From contig CT868207.1 in assembly GCA_000165425.1 (NCBI GenBank), forward strand, positions 558,001 through 622,000: 64,000 bases of DNA, in the 5' to 3' direction. The stretch comes from Paramecium tetraurelia. Its lineage: Eukaryota. The notes below the pieces were generated by a model, which was not told the DNA's origin, made no database searches, and saw only the letters and a list, made by a program, of their open reading frames with translations. The number at the start of each line of letters is the position of its first letter. Positions within the stretch are counted from its first letter, which is position 1. Both the position numbers and the translations under genes were made by a program. This document shows positions 23,417-35,615 of this stretch, piece by piece.

Positions 23417-25072
23417 TCACAATAACAATTTAATGACCCATTATTCTTTACATATTTAGCCATCCTTATCTAGCAATGAAACACAGGCATCAATATTATT
23501 GAACTTCAGCATCCTCTAAAAATAGTAGATTTTTCCATTCAATTTTATATCTACCCAATCTAAAGACAAAGATTTCATCCCTTTGAAAATTTAGATTTCC
23601 CATCAATAATTTTTAATTAATAGAGAAAACCTTCTATTTGAAGTTTTAATAAATCTTTTCTTAATATCCTCTGAGATATTAAATTAAGATTTTTAATTAT
23701 TAAATTTGTTATGATCAATCATATTATTCAAATTCAGTTGTATTGAATTTCATCACCATTTTTGGCATTTAAGGCAATTAGGGCACAATATCATTGGTTA
23801 CAAAAGACCCTTTATAATCTGGCTTTTCTTCAGGAGATGAAAAATCCACTGTTAAAGTTGCAGATCTGGTTTAGGCAAAAAACATCTTTTTATGAGCATT
23901 TGAAGGTTTCTCTGTCAAAGTGAAAAAATCATGGTTCAAACACTCTTATGCAGTTGGTCTCAATTTAGGATCTTTAGAAAGCATTTTTTATACAAGTTCC
24001 CTCAATATAGACTAATATTACTATCACATTGAGTGGTATTTTCTTTAATGTCAACGGTGAAAAGTCAATGTGACACTTTTTATTTAATTGTAAAACAAAG
24101 TTGAATCCAGTCCCTGGAAATAAGTCTCTACCTGTCAATAACTTAAAAAAGACGGATCCTGCACTAAAGATATCACATGCAGGACCATAAGTTGTATCCT
24201 TATCAGTTAAATTAGCTATTTCCGGTGCAACATAGCCAGGAGTTCCACATTTCGGATATTTAAATCTATAATTAAATTAGTATAATACTTTTTTAAATTA
24301 CAATAGGTAGCTAGACCGAAATCAACTAGTTTGAGTGTTGTAAGGTTGTTGGTCTTTTGCAACACAATATTCTCAGGCTTGATGTCTCTATGGATAATGC
24401 TTTTTGAATGCATATATTCAATTCCACTTAATAAAGCCTATTTAACAATTAATTTACATGCATAATCTTTGAGGATTATTCCAAAGTTAAGCCTCCATGT
24501 TAATTCTTTATTAATTATTATAAATTCTTTCCTGATAACAGATCCATAACAATATAATAACTTGTTTCACCTTAAAATACCTCTTTTATTTTGACAAAGG
24601 CGGGATGGTCTAATTAGTTATTGATCTCGATTTCTTAATACATCAACTCATTCTTTTCTACGCATTTAGCTGCAAAATACTGATCTCCTAACTTTGATTT
24701 CACTAATAGCACTTTGGCTGAACTGCCTTATCCTAAGATTTACAAGGGAGTATAGAAGTCTTGGATTCTCGAAAAGAATAGTCTTCCATTTAATAATTCT
24801 TTTAATTTGTATGCTTAATCTGTTAAGTAGGTCGTATTATTAATTTTGAATCCCACCAAGCTTTTATTGTAAACCCAATGGATTAGATTAGGAAATGAAA
24901 TCGGCAGTGAGAATTTGGGTTCATCATCTTGGTAAATGTGTAAGAAGTCCTTCTTTAGAAAGGCTTTAAAGGGAGGTTAGAGATTAAGGGATAAGAGAAT
25001 TTCATTGTCGATGAAATTTATCTGGGTTTTAAGCACCATGGAATACACATTAGGACAACAGGTTAAAAACAT
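23417..25072 (-). CDS. CAMK-group Ser/Thr kinase with a PH-like N-terminal region
   Basis: [58 protein letters not shown]; the 3' end is approximate. Confidence 0.9.
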
Positions 25073-25164
25073 TTTTAGTATTAATAAATTTAATTATGAT
25101 TATCAAACAATATTATACTCAATGATAATAGTTTTTTATATATTTTAATTGTTAAATATTTAAA

Positions 25165-26065
25165 ATGAGTTTGATATAATTTAAGAGAGAAAAATATGGA
25201 ATCAAGTTGAGAAGGGATGCTCTGGAGAAAATATTTAGTTTAAAAAGAGTAATCAATTCTCCAGACATAGTTCAAGTTTTTCAAAAACAATTAGAATCGT
25301 ATGAGACTGATATTTTAGAAGCTATTGAAATTTTAAAATAGTACTAAAATATTAAGCCTGAATATGTTTAACTCTGGCTTTTCTTGTTGTACGATTGTTT
25401 TATCTATTTGGATTAACAGTACAAGGGAAATGAAATCCTAGACTTATTGCTATTTAGTGTAATTTAATACCCGTAAGTAATATAAATAAATAAATCAAAA
25501 GGGCATAATTCAGTTCATCGAGTATCAACTTTTCGAAATCCTACTCAGATATCAAGACATCCAAGCACTTCAAATTATTGAAACAATTCTGAAGTCCCAA
25601 ATCATTCGATCTCGAGATGTTTAGATTGAACCCCTTGTTAATTACATCTGTTCCTATATACCAGAACTTACAAACAATATTTTAAACATCCTTATTTTGC
25701 TATCTCATAATATTGAATGCAAAGCAGTAATTATAGCAAATGATCCAATCATGAATATGTTGCTTATGGAGAATAATCAATTTCAGGATGAACGAAGTAG
25801 AATTCTGAGTCATTTATCAAGAGGAAATGTTAAAATGGTTTATTATTTTTATAATTCTAAAGATAAATTGTAATCTTTATTTTATCTAAATACCAAACAT
25901 TGTCTTAAAATAATAATGCGTTTGATTTGCTATGATGAAACAAAAAAGATTTTATCAATCATGAGAGAGTAAAGAATCAACATTCAAATTGAGAAAATAT
26001 CCTCTTAAAATTATATCACCTATAAAAATGAAATAGAGGACATTCTATAAGAATTTTAATAGTGA
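25165..26065 (+). CDS. Divergent importin-alpha-like protein (IBB-like N-terminus, helical body)
   Basis: MSLIQFKREKYGIKLRRDALEKIFSLKRV resembles an importin-beta-binding motif; Leu/Ile-rich helical remainder; one intron. The family call is tentative. Confidence 0.5.
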
Positions 26066-26107
26066 TAATTTATAATTATATATATATTATACACTTTATT
26101 AATTTTA

Positions 26108-26839
26108 ATGGACTAAAAGTTTGAAAATTGGTTGCCCTTAGAATCCAATACAATTTTATTAAATAAATATTTAGCCAATTTAGGAGTGAATACAGATTTT
26201 GCAAATTTTGTAGATATTGTTAGTTTTGAACCAGAATTCCTAATACCAGGTAGTCTAGGAGCATTATTTGTTTACCCTGATTCTCCAGCTATCAATAATT
26301 ACTTTTTTGAACAAGGAGATAAGATGTTTGAAAAACCAATACCACATTCTCTTTATTACATGAAGTAAATTGCAGAAAATGCATGTGGCACCATAGCCCT
26401 TTTGCATATACTGGCCAATATTCCGAAGGAATATTAATTCATTATTAATGAAGAGAGCTTTTGCCCATAATTCATATAGAATACAATTAATATGACACCT
26501 GAAGAAAGGGCAGAATATTTGAAAAACTGCAAATTAGAAGTCAAAAAAAAAGATGGTTCAGTAAAATCATTATAAGATGCCCATAAAGAAGTGGCTCAGG
26601 AAAATCTAGAGGATCCAAATATTGAACTGAAAGCTGGCCATCATTTCATTGCATTTGTGTGGCACAATGGAAGTGTTATAGAATTAGATGGAAGAAAAAA
26701 AGCACCAATTATTTATGCTGATTGTTAATAGGAATTGTTTTTGGAAAAAGTCATAGAAATCTGTCAAAAACATTACATTGAAAAGGATTTGAAAGAAATT
26801 GGATTTAATTTAATGGCCTTTTAGATAGGATTTGAATGA
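26108..26839 (+). CDS. UCHL3: Ubiquitin C-terminal hydrolase, family C12 (UCH-L3-like)
   Basis: WLPLESN, YMKQIAENACGTIALLH (oxyanion Gln encoded by TAA), HHFIAFV, ELDGRKKAP; intronless. Confidence 0.93.
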
Positions 26840-27029
26840 TCGTTTTATTTACATTTACATTTATAAATTGAATTACACAATCTATTAATTTAATATCATT
26901 TACTTTAAACATTTTTAAGAATTATTGTAGATTAAAATACCCTCTTCATAAATTAAGTTATTTTCAATTAAAAGTTTAAAATAAAACTCGAATAAGCTAA
27001 CTATTGTAATATCATTAAAATTTATAATA

Positions 27030-27624
27030 ATGTTTAGTAAGAAAGGACTCTTGATTGCGATATGGAATGAAAGTTAAACAGTATAAACATACTAAAAAAT
27101 GGCTATAATTTTTATTCAAATGATAATAATTTTAATTAATCCAAACCTTTTAGAGCAATAAAACCATAAATAACATTCTTTAAAGAAGCAACTCTTTATT
27201 GAAAAAGAATCAATATAAAAATAACAGATACCGATTTAAAAAGGATAATTCATAATGCAATAGATTGGAGAGATTTTAAGATACATAGTGTCAGGAAAAT
27301 CAGAGATGAATTTCTGCCAATTTAGAAATAGAAATAAATATATTTAATGAAACTAAATAACTAAAAAATCGAATAGAGGAATAATGTACTGTAATAATAT
27401 GGAGTTAACAATATTTGCAAATAGCGAGGATGAAGAATATATAAAAATATTTAATTATATAATCTTCTTAGAATTTTTATGCCAAAATCTATCAAGCTAT
27501 TAAACAAAAGATTGGTCTAGTTCAAGGTACTGAAATTAATCTGAAAGCAGTAATAGCAGCAATAAAGAAGATCTAATGGTAGTTAAAAAGTACTATAGGT
27601 GATAGTAATCAAATAAATAATTGA
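27030..27624 (+). pseudogene. Probable degraded or frameshifted gene remnant
   Basis: Protein-like segments in different frames (e.g. DLKRIIHNAIDWEILRYIV and FYAKIYQAIKQKIGLVQG) that I could not join into one ORF. Confidence 0.3.
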
Positions 27625-27892
27625 AAATATATGTTATAAATTTAATCTTTATTATTACAGTTCTCTTTACAAAAATGTTTAATCCTCTTGAAATCGATAA
27701 CTTTAACAAGATAAACACGCTTTCTAGATTACCTAATATTCTTAAATCCATATTTAGAATTTAAAATATAAAATTTTATAATTATTCAATTTATTCAATA
27801 ATGACAGTATATTTGCGTATTATAACATAAAAAAAAATAAACTGGAATATAAACTATTAAAAATAAAACAATAATTGAAATGGGGAATATAA

Positions 27893-28740
27893 TCAATACA
27901 TGATACTCTAAGTGGTTATTGACTATGAAAACAACTAAGCAGCCTCAAGGTTGACTTTCAGATTACTTTCATAATATGATTTTTCAAAAGATTTATTCAT
28001 TGAGTTCTTTTATTCTATTAGCGACTTTCTTAGAGCTAATGCCTTTGTAATGTCTATTGATCCTAATTACAAATTCAACCCCAAGATGCACGATTCGAGA
28101 TTTTCTAATTTAATAGAAATATTTATTTTACCTATTTTTGAGTTTAAGCTGACTAATTACCAGTTATTCATTTCTCTAATGAATGATTCGAGTTTAATTT
28201 TGCTCAATTAGTTTAAGAACTCTTAATTTCTATTATCTTTAGAACTTATTTCTACGTTGAATTTTCTATTTAATTAAGCTATTAGAGGTTCGAATGTTTG
28301 TGATTCCTTTTAAAGTAATTTATCTTGGCTTTAATGTCTTTTGAGAATGACATCATTTTCAAAATTACCTATAAAGCTCATTTCCATTATATCTCTACTT
28401 GAAGCATCGAAGTCTAAATCAACAGCATGACTGGCAAGCAAAAACAATTGCATGCTTAGAAGTGACATATTTTTATTTTGATTGTTGAATTCTGAAGCAA
28501 TATAAGATGCTAATTGAGGGGATGGAACAGCTAAAATGTTTCTTTTTTAAGTCTTTATACTTTTTCCATCGAGCTAAAAATAATATAGTTAAAACTAACC
28601 TTGATAATCCATTAGTGGAAAGGGTTGGCAGGATTAGAGGCCATTTCTATGCTAGCTTCTTTATAACATCTTTTAATTGAGATTTAAGATTATATGGAGA
28701 CTTATTCTGTGAACATAAATTGTTTGACAAAAGCCCTCAT
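27893..28740 (-). CDS. ATPAF2: ATP12/ATPAF2 F1-ATPase assembly chaperone
   Basis: IKRCYKEASI...WIIKLDGKSIKTQKRNILAVPSPQLASYIASEF; C-terminal LKVNLEAAQLF; two introns. Confidence 0.85.
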
Positions 28741-29317
28741 TATTCGTAATATTTTTTATATTATGATTTCATATGAGGATACTTTAATAAAATTTATACT
28801 GTTCCAATGACGTATTATAATAAATAAATATAATTTTAATAATCTAAAGGTTACTAAAATTTATGAAGAGAAAAAATAAACTATTTATAATTTAAAATTC
28901 TTAGGATTCCAATTCTATGTTGAAAAATGATTGCTAATCATCCAATTCTCTATCTATAAAAATATAGTTGAGTAATGTCATTTACAATAATATTCAATAC
29001 AACATTTTATGATTCATAAAAATAGAAATTTAAGTCTAATTGTAAACTAATTGATTTCTGAATTTTCAAGTGCTAAATCAATTTAGTAAGTGTAATAAAA
29101 TTGAATAAAAATAGTATATACCTATATTTGATTTGGTAATTAGCTGTTATAAATGCTAGAAATAATATTTTGATCAAAATCTTTGAATTTCTTAAAAAGT
29201 TGTTGTTACTAGGGTGGCAACACTTCAGAAATTCTTTGATTGGAATTTGGAAGCTTTTTTATATTTCTATAAATATAAAGACGTAAAAGAAAATAATAAA
29301 TTATTTTTAGAATTTTT

Positions 29318-30678
29318 ATGGATTTAGACTTTATCTTTTTCCCAGCCCCAAAAGATATATAGAATGATCACTAACATGGTCAAATATTGTGGATTCCTAA
29401 ATATCCTAAACTTTATCCTGCTTTTCAAAATTATGTACCTAGAACAAATAAGAAGAGGGGAGTCTTCTTCAAATAAAGTGAATTGGATTTTGAAGATGAT
29501 CATTTTTTAATAGATGAGCCCACGTATCAATTAAAGTCCTATATAATAGAGAAACTTAGTTACAGCCCATACCAAATTTCTAATGGAAACCAATAACAAG
29601 CAGATTAAGAAAACGATAGCCTACTGACGCAAACTCTCCAACATTTGATTCTAATGAAGGCAGTCCAGATGTTCAACAAAAATTGCAAAAATTAAATATG
29701 CAGTCTGTTTAAATCATCACGAAGAAACCTTAATTGTGTAGGATGTCATCAAATCTTTACCCAATTAAAAAGACAAGAATTGATTAGAGCATTTGTTTTA
29801 GTTAACCATTGATTAAATTGCCTCAAGAATTGATTGATCTCAAATAAAAAAATCAAGATTAATCTAATGATGAACAACCTCCACCAAGATCAAACTCAAG
29901 GGAATCCCATCAAATCAATGGCCATATTCCCTGCATGTATGTAAATTCAAATAAACATTCCCCCAACATTTTGTTATATTTTCATGCGAATTGTGAAGAT
30001 ATAACATAATCCTATAATTTTTTAGTTCATCTTCGTGAAAATTTATAAGTATTCAAACACAATATTGTTTTAAGGTCTCTGCTATAGCTGTGGAATATCC
30101 TGGATACGGCAAGTATAAAAATGAACAACCTTCAGCTGAAGCAATACTAAACGATGCCGAATATGTCTTTAATTACATTACCAAAAGATTGGGATATGCT
30201 GAAAACAGAATTATTATATTTGGTAGAAGCATTGGGAGTGGACCTGCTACTTATTTGGCAAATAAATATAAACCTGCATGTCTAGTTTTAATGTCACCAT
30301 TTACATCACTTAAAGCAGCTGTAAGGGATTACATTGGTTCGTGGGCCTAGTTCTTAATAAGATAGAGATTCGATAATTTAGATCAGATAAAGAAAGTGAA
30401 AGTACCAACATTTATATTACATGGTAAGGCAGACAATATCATACCTTACTCATAAGCATTAGAATTATATAGTATAACGTTATTTTAACATAGAATCATG
30501 TAAATCTGATAAATGTATATTACATTTGGCAGATGATATGGATCACGTCAGTTATAGATTATACAAAGACTTAATTAATCCATTGACTGAATTCTTACTT
30601 TAAATTAAATATTATCAGAATAGTTCTTAAGGACCAAAAATGCCAACTGTTCTCTTTTATGACCCTACGATTGAATGA
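29318..30678 (+). CDS. Alpha/beta hydrolase, ABHD17/ABHD13-like, with a long N-terminal insertion
   Basis: FIFFPAP, LLYFHANCEDI, AVEYPGYG, FGRSIGSGPA (nucleophile Ser), LMSPFTS, LHGKADNIIP, MDH; introns include 29524-29549. Confidence 0.92.
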
Positions 30679-31222
30679 ATTTAAAAATAAACTCCCTTTA
30701 AGTTTATTATTAATCAAAACTGTTAATACTTTTAAAATTAATATTAATTAATTTAAATTTATTTAAATTTCAAATAATATGGGTTGGATACAAACTAAAC
30801 CAAGATCTATGATGTTATAAATGATTCAACTTTCAACTTTATGAAAGAGAGGATATAAAAACAAATGTAACCATAACAAACTCCCAAAAAATGGATTGTT
30901 AAATTGTCTTTTATACTATAATTGCAAAATTTTCTTAATAATAAATTTATCCTGATTAATATGTATGAAACACTATTATTATAAGAAGACAAACTTTAAG
31001 AAGTTGAAACTGATTTATTTTAAATCTATTCTATATTATTTAACTAAATAATTTATACATTTTCCATTTAATAAATGTAATTATATATTAAATGTGAGCT
31101 ATTCAGTCTTGAAGGAATATAATTTAAATGATTCTTAAAGAGAGTGAGAGTTTAACAAAGTAAATTAAACAAAAGTAGAGATGAATTGTTTAAGTGAAAT
31201 ATAAACATTGAACATATTTACA

Positions 31223-32226
31223 TCAAAACTAATAGAGTGTAGTAAGTTATTCTTTGGCCAATTCATACGCATAAAACCCGATAGCATTAGCGTAAAATGA
31301 CCTAAAGACACAGACCGAATATCCCTTCCAAACAGACCCAAAACCTTCAGTTGATATTTTTTGGGTTAAACAATCATAAAATCCACCGTCAAAGCATCTC
31401 ACTTTATAAATTCTCTAATCAGTGCAAGTTTAACATTGGAGAATTGTTTTAATTGTCTTGATTTTAGTTATTTTATTTTACATCTTAAGGATATCCTATC
31501 GTCCAGCATGAAACTCCTGCTAAACCTCCTGATATCAATAAGTTTGCAGTCGAAGGTTCTGCCTTTTATGATAAATCACATAGTATATCCTTTATGCATT
31601 CATATACTGCAAATTAGGCAGAATACCCCAGAATTTCTCTTTATTAGGTGGCATGCATACCTCTAAAAATATATTTAAAACCCTCTTTTTTGTAAATCTA
31701 CGAAATATTCCATAACAAATTACTTAGAGAACGCAATCAATCGGGTTTTTGTAAATTTTTTCAATTTCTTACATTTATAATTTGCATTTTGTCAATTCAA
31801 TTGGGCAAGAGAGGAAAGCAGCTGAACTTCCTGCAATGCTTCCACAAAATGCACTTAGATTTACATACAAATATATACGTTTGGAAATATGTGAGTTATT
31901 TATTCGAATTTCCAATGAAAAATTTCCTCCAGAATTCATAAACCGAGAACACAACTGCATTGGTTATTGGTATGGAAAGTATGGGAAATGACATTCCTTT
32001 ATAAAAACCTTTTAATCCTTCGTTGTTTATTATTTTTTATAGAGTTTTTAGTACTCCATCATCTGACATTTGCATTCTGACTTTAACTGTGTCTAATGGA
32101 TGACTTGAAATACAATTAGCTCTAATCTCTAAAAAATGAATAGTACATTCCACTAATAGATCCAGCTGCTAGATCAATAGAGATTTAAAATCTATTTTCA
32201 TATGTCCATCGAATAAAATCTGTCAT
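31223..32226 (-). CDS. Mitochondrial carrier (SLC25), carnitine/acylcarnitine or basic amino acid subgroup
   Basis: Three signature motifs PLDTVKVRMQ, PIELTKCKLQ and PQDTIKTILQ; EGLKGFYKGMSFP; RE..GY and RSFYANA substrate contacts. Confidence 0.93.
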
Positions 32227-32417
32227 TTTAAAAAAAAAGTATATTTACAAGAATCAATTCATGTAATTCATATATTACACACGTCATTATTAATTAATCT
32301 TATTTATCATATTACTTATTTCATTGAAATGAAACTTATATACTATTATAAATGTTTAATTATTGTTTTTCATATTGAGCAAAAATTACGTATTATATAT
32401 AATATTTTAAAATAAAA

Positions 32418-32874
32418 ATGAATTAAATTAAATTAAAATATTTATTGGGAATGATCATGCTGCATTAGAATGTAAAATATTATATTAGTACATTGCAAAA
32501 AAAAGAACTATTAAATTGATGATAAAGGAACATTCTCAAACCAAAGTTGTGATTACAATGATTACGCAGTTAATGTATGCGATGAAGTTATAAAATCTAA
32601 TGGAATTGGAATATTAACATGTGGTAGTGGAGTTGGAATTTCAATGATGGCGAATAAAGTTAAGGGAATCAGATGTGGATAAGTGAATGATTATGATTCA
32701 ACATTAAAAGCAATAGAAATAGGATGCAATGTAATTTCATTTGGTGCAAGAATTGTTGGTATTGAAATTGCTAAGCAAATTATTGACACTTTTCTTTCTA
32801 ATTATCACAAAATTGAAAACAATGAAGTTGAAAAGGAAATTTCAAGAATTAAAGAAGAAAACTATAAAAAATGA
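32418..32874 (+). CDS. rpiB: Ribose-5-phosphate isomerase B (RpiB/LacAB family), with two 1-nt frameshifts near the 5' end as assembled
   Basis: IFIGNDHAA, DKGT...SCDYNDYA, GILTCGSGVGISMMANKVKGIRC, NVISFGARIVG; intronless. The ATG, the GNDHA segment and the body lie in three different frames. Confidence 0.88.
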
Positions 32875-33807
32875 TTAATAAATTAAATTATCGCATTCAA
32901 AATTATATCCCGAATGAATTCATTTCTATGTAACTGATGTAAAGAAAACCATCTAAGTCTTTAAATTATTGATATAATTCTTTTAAAGTTTAATCTTTAA
33001 TGATAATTTAACATACCTATTCTCAACAATATTTTGCCGCAGTATAAATTGATTGAATCGTATTAAGATAGTTTTATTTTGCTTTTAATGTATTATAGAA
33101 CATTGATTATAGTCATTGTGTTTGGCATTTTGAATCTATTTAATAAATTTAGATTACTTTATAAAATTTTATCTTGGGAGTTTACTTGTGTTTAATTATT
33201 CAACAACTACCAAAATATCGTTAGGATAGAGATATTTACAATTATCAGATTCATTTTTTCTTTCATCAAATGATCTTGTATTTTAGAAACTCAATATTTA
33301 TTTCATCTAAATAGAAAATATAAATAAAAATTACTCAAAAATTCATTTTATCTTTTTATTTCTTGTAATGATGATGATAATTTAATTAAATTGCATTTAT
33401 TATTATTTTATTTCAACATAATAGGACACATAATCTTAGGAACTAAATAAATTCTGCAACTTGATTATAAAAAAGTAATTTTATTATACAAATATCAATA
33501 TATTTATGAAAGTGAAATAAATTAAATATCATTTAAGTCATCAATTAAAGGTTTTAAAATGAATAGGAAATATCATAGATAATAAACTAAATGTCTATAG
33601 CCAAGAAATTAAAATAAATAAAGTTTTAATATGTAAAAATAGAAAAGATTTTGTTCTTATAAATTACGGACCAAATGCAAGATTTTATAATTACTATTGA
33701 GATATTCGCTTTGTATTATATGGATTTTCATCTTCTTTATAATTTACATTATTCACTTAAAATATACTAGATTACAGTTAAGCAATTTTTCATTTCTCCT
33801 CTCAATT

Positions 33808-35493
33808 TCAAAACCAACTCATCTCTGAATTCCTACAATATTAAAAAAGATAAATAATACCCTACTGCCAGCTTATATATGCACTCCTTCTTCTTTTCCT
33901 ATACGATTTAATTTTTTCTAAATTTCTTCAATTAAATAGATTGGGACTACTATCTTCGTTTGAAATGGATTTTGCTTGATTTTTTGTTAATTTGAACTTT
34001 TCTATTGATTAGAAGTACCTAGTTGATCTAGATTTTCTTTATTTTTTATATCTTTTGTTTGATTCCGATCTGGATCTTGCTCTTCTAATAGAGCTGGAAG
34101 AAGAAGATTTCTATCTGAATAATTAGGAATAATACTAACCTTTTAGGTTTCATATCCTGTAGAGAAACTGAATTTTTGTATTATTATGCAAAGTTTTCAT
34201 TAATGTACTTTCCGCTTTCAAGGATCTTTTTAATTATTTTAATACAGGTCCTCCATTTTTAAAACACTCTATCTATTCTAAAATTAACACTGTTGCTTCC
34301 AACTTATGCTCCACTGATCCAATTACTTAAACCAAACAATCTAGCTATATTATTTATATTACATTATCCTATATCGGAATCATCCTTATAGGACATTACT
34401 TTTATTTATGCTCCTTTGGCTTTGTTTGCAAGTTCTTTTATTTGGCAGCCCTCTTTAAAAAGATAATATAGGATGATTATTTACTGGCTCCTATTAATTT
34501 GGATGCAAAATTGGCAGGCATAACTACTCTGATATCAAAATCTAATTTCTTGAATTATGAGCTAATTCTGCGAACAATAGATTTAATAGCTTCTTATACA
34601 TTTTTCAAGGTTCCAACTAACTATAAAATTTCTTCATCTTTTTTTAGTTTATTCTAAATTGAGATTCTAATAATATACTTTGATTGGGATTTCATTACTA
34701 CTTTTAGCTTTCATTTTTAATTAATATTTTTTTTCTAAATCTTTATTCTTTAGAATGTAATCCACTATTATATTCAAAAAGACAAGTTAAACCTAGTTAT
34801 TGATTAGAAATACCTTAGTAACAACTTTTCCTGGGTCTAATGGTTCTGCTCTCTTTATGTAATCATCTTCTGTAATTCCTCTTTAATGTAATTTATTTGT
34901 TATTAATTTAATGGCATTAAATATGCAATTAGCCTAACCTAAAGAATATACTAATATCTTTACCTACTATCTTAACTGATCTTAAAGAAAATTTATTGAT
35001 GGCATTATTCACAACCACATCAGTTTTTGTTTCTTATTAAATATTTTTAATTTGCTTTCCTGATGTACCAATCAAGTATGAGACAGTTCCTAAAATCTAT
35101 AGAATTTCCAACCTTCAGGTATTAGCATCATCATCTCAAAATTAGGGTTTTTTTTTTATTCAATTAATTAGAGTATTTTATTGATGGCTTCAAGTTATGA
35201 ATTTAATTTGTTATCATCATAATCAATAATTGAGAATGCTGTTCCCTCCAGCCCAGGAATTTGATTATTTCGATTCAGTTGAATAGACTTGATATCATAT
35301 TGTGACTAAACTATGTTATTTTTTGTACTTTCACATCCTCCAATATATTTTTCAATTCTTCTGATTTTATATATTTCCATTCAATAAAAAAATGAATTTA
35401 AAATTATCTTTTTCTTCTTGATTGCTCCTGAGGCGATGAGGACCTTGACGATTGGCCTGATAATCCTTGTTCATCCGCTATATCCTTAGACAT
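33808..35493 (-). CDS. KH-domain RNA-binding protein with an Arg/Ser-rich C-terminus
   Basis: MMMLIPEGTVSYLIGTSGKQIKNIQQETKTDV (KH, GxxG); further degenerate KH-like repeats; RARSRSES-type tail. The stop position is approximate. Confidence 0.8.
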
Positions 35494-35615
35494 GGTAATT
35501 AATTATTATTTAATTTAATTCAAATATTAATTGTTTTATTGCATATATTGATATTCTATGTAAAATATCCTTACTTTCCTTAAATAATATTTTAATTAGA
35601 TTTATTTCTGAAGAG

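Noticed and set aside
29524..29549. Apparent frameshift in the hydrolase gene
   Set aside because: It is resolved by a canonical 26-nt GTA...TAG intron.
30779..31131. Possible small gene starting MGWIQTKPR
   Set aside because: The ATG frame stops after about 21 codons and the longer downstream frame has no motif; at best a remnant.
32880..33800. Long spacer with short protein-like fragments
   Set aside because: I could not build a coherent ORF, repeat or terminal inverted repeat.
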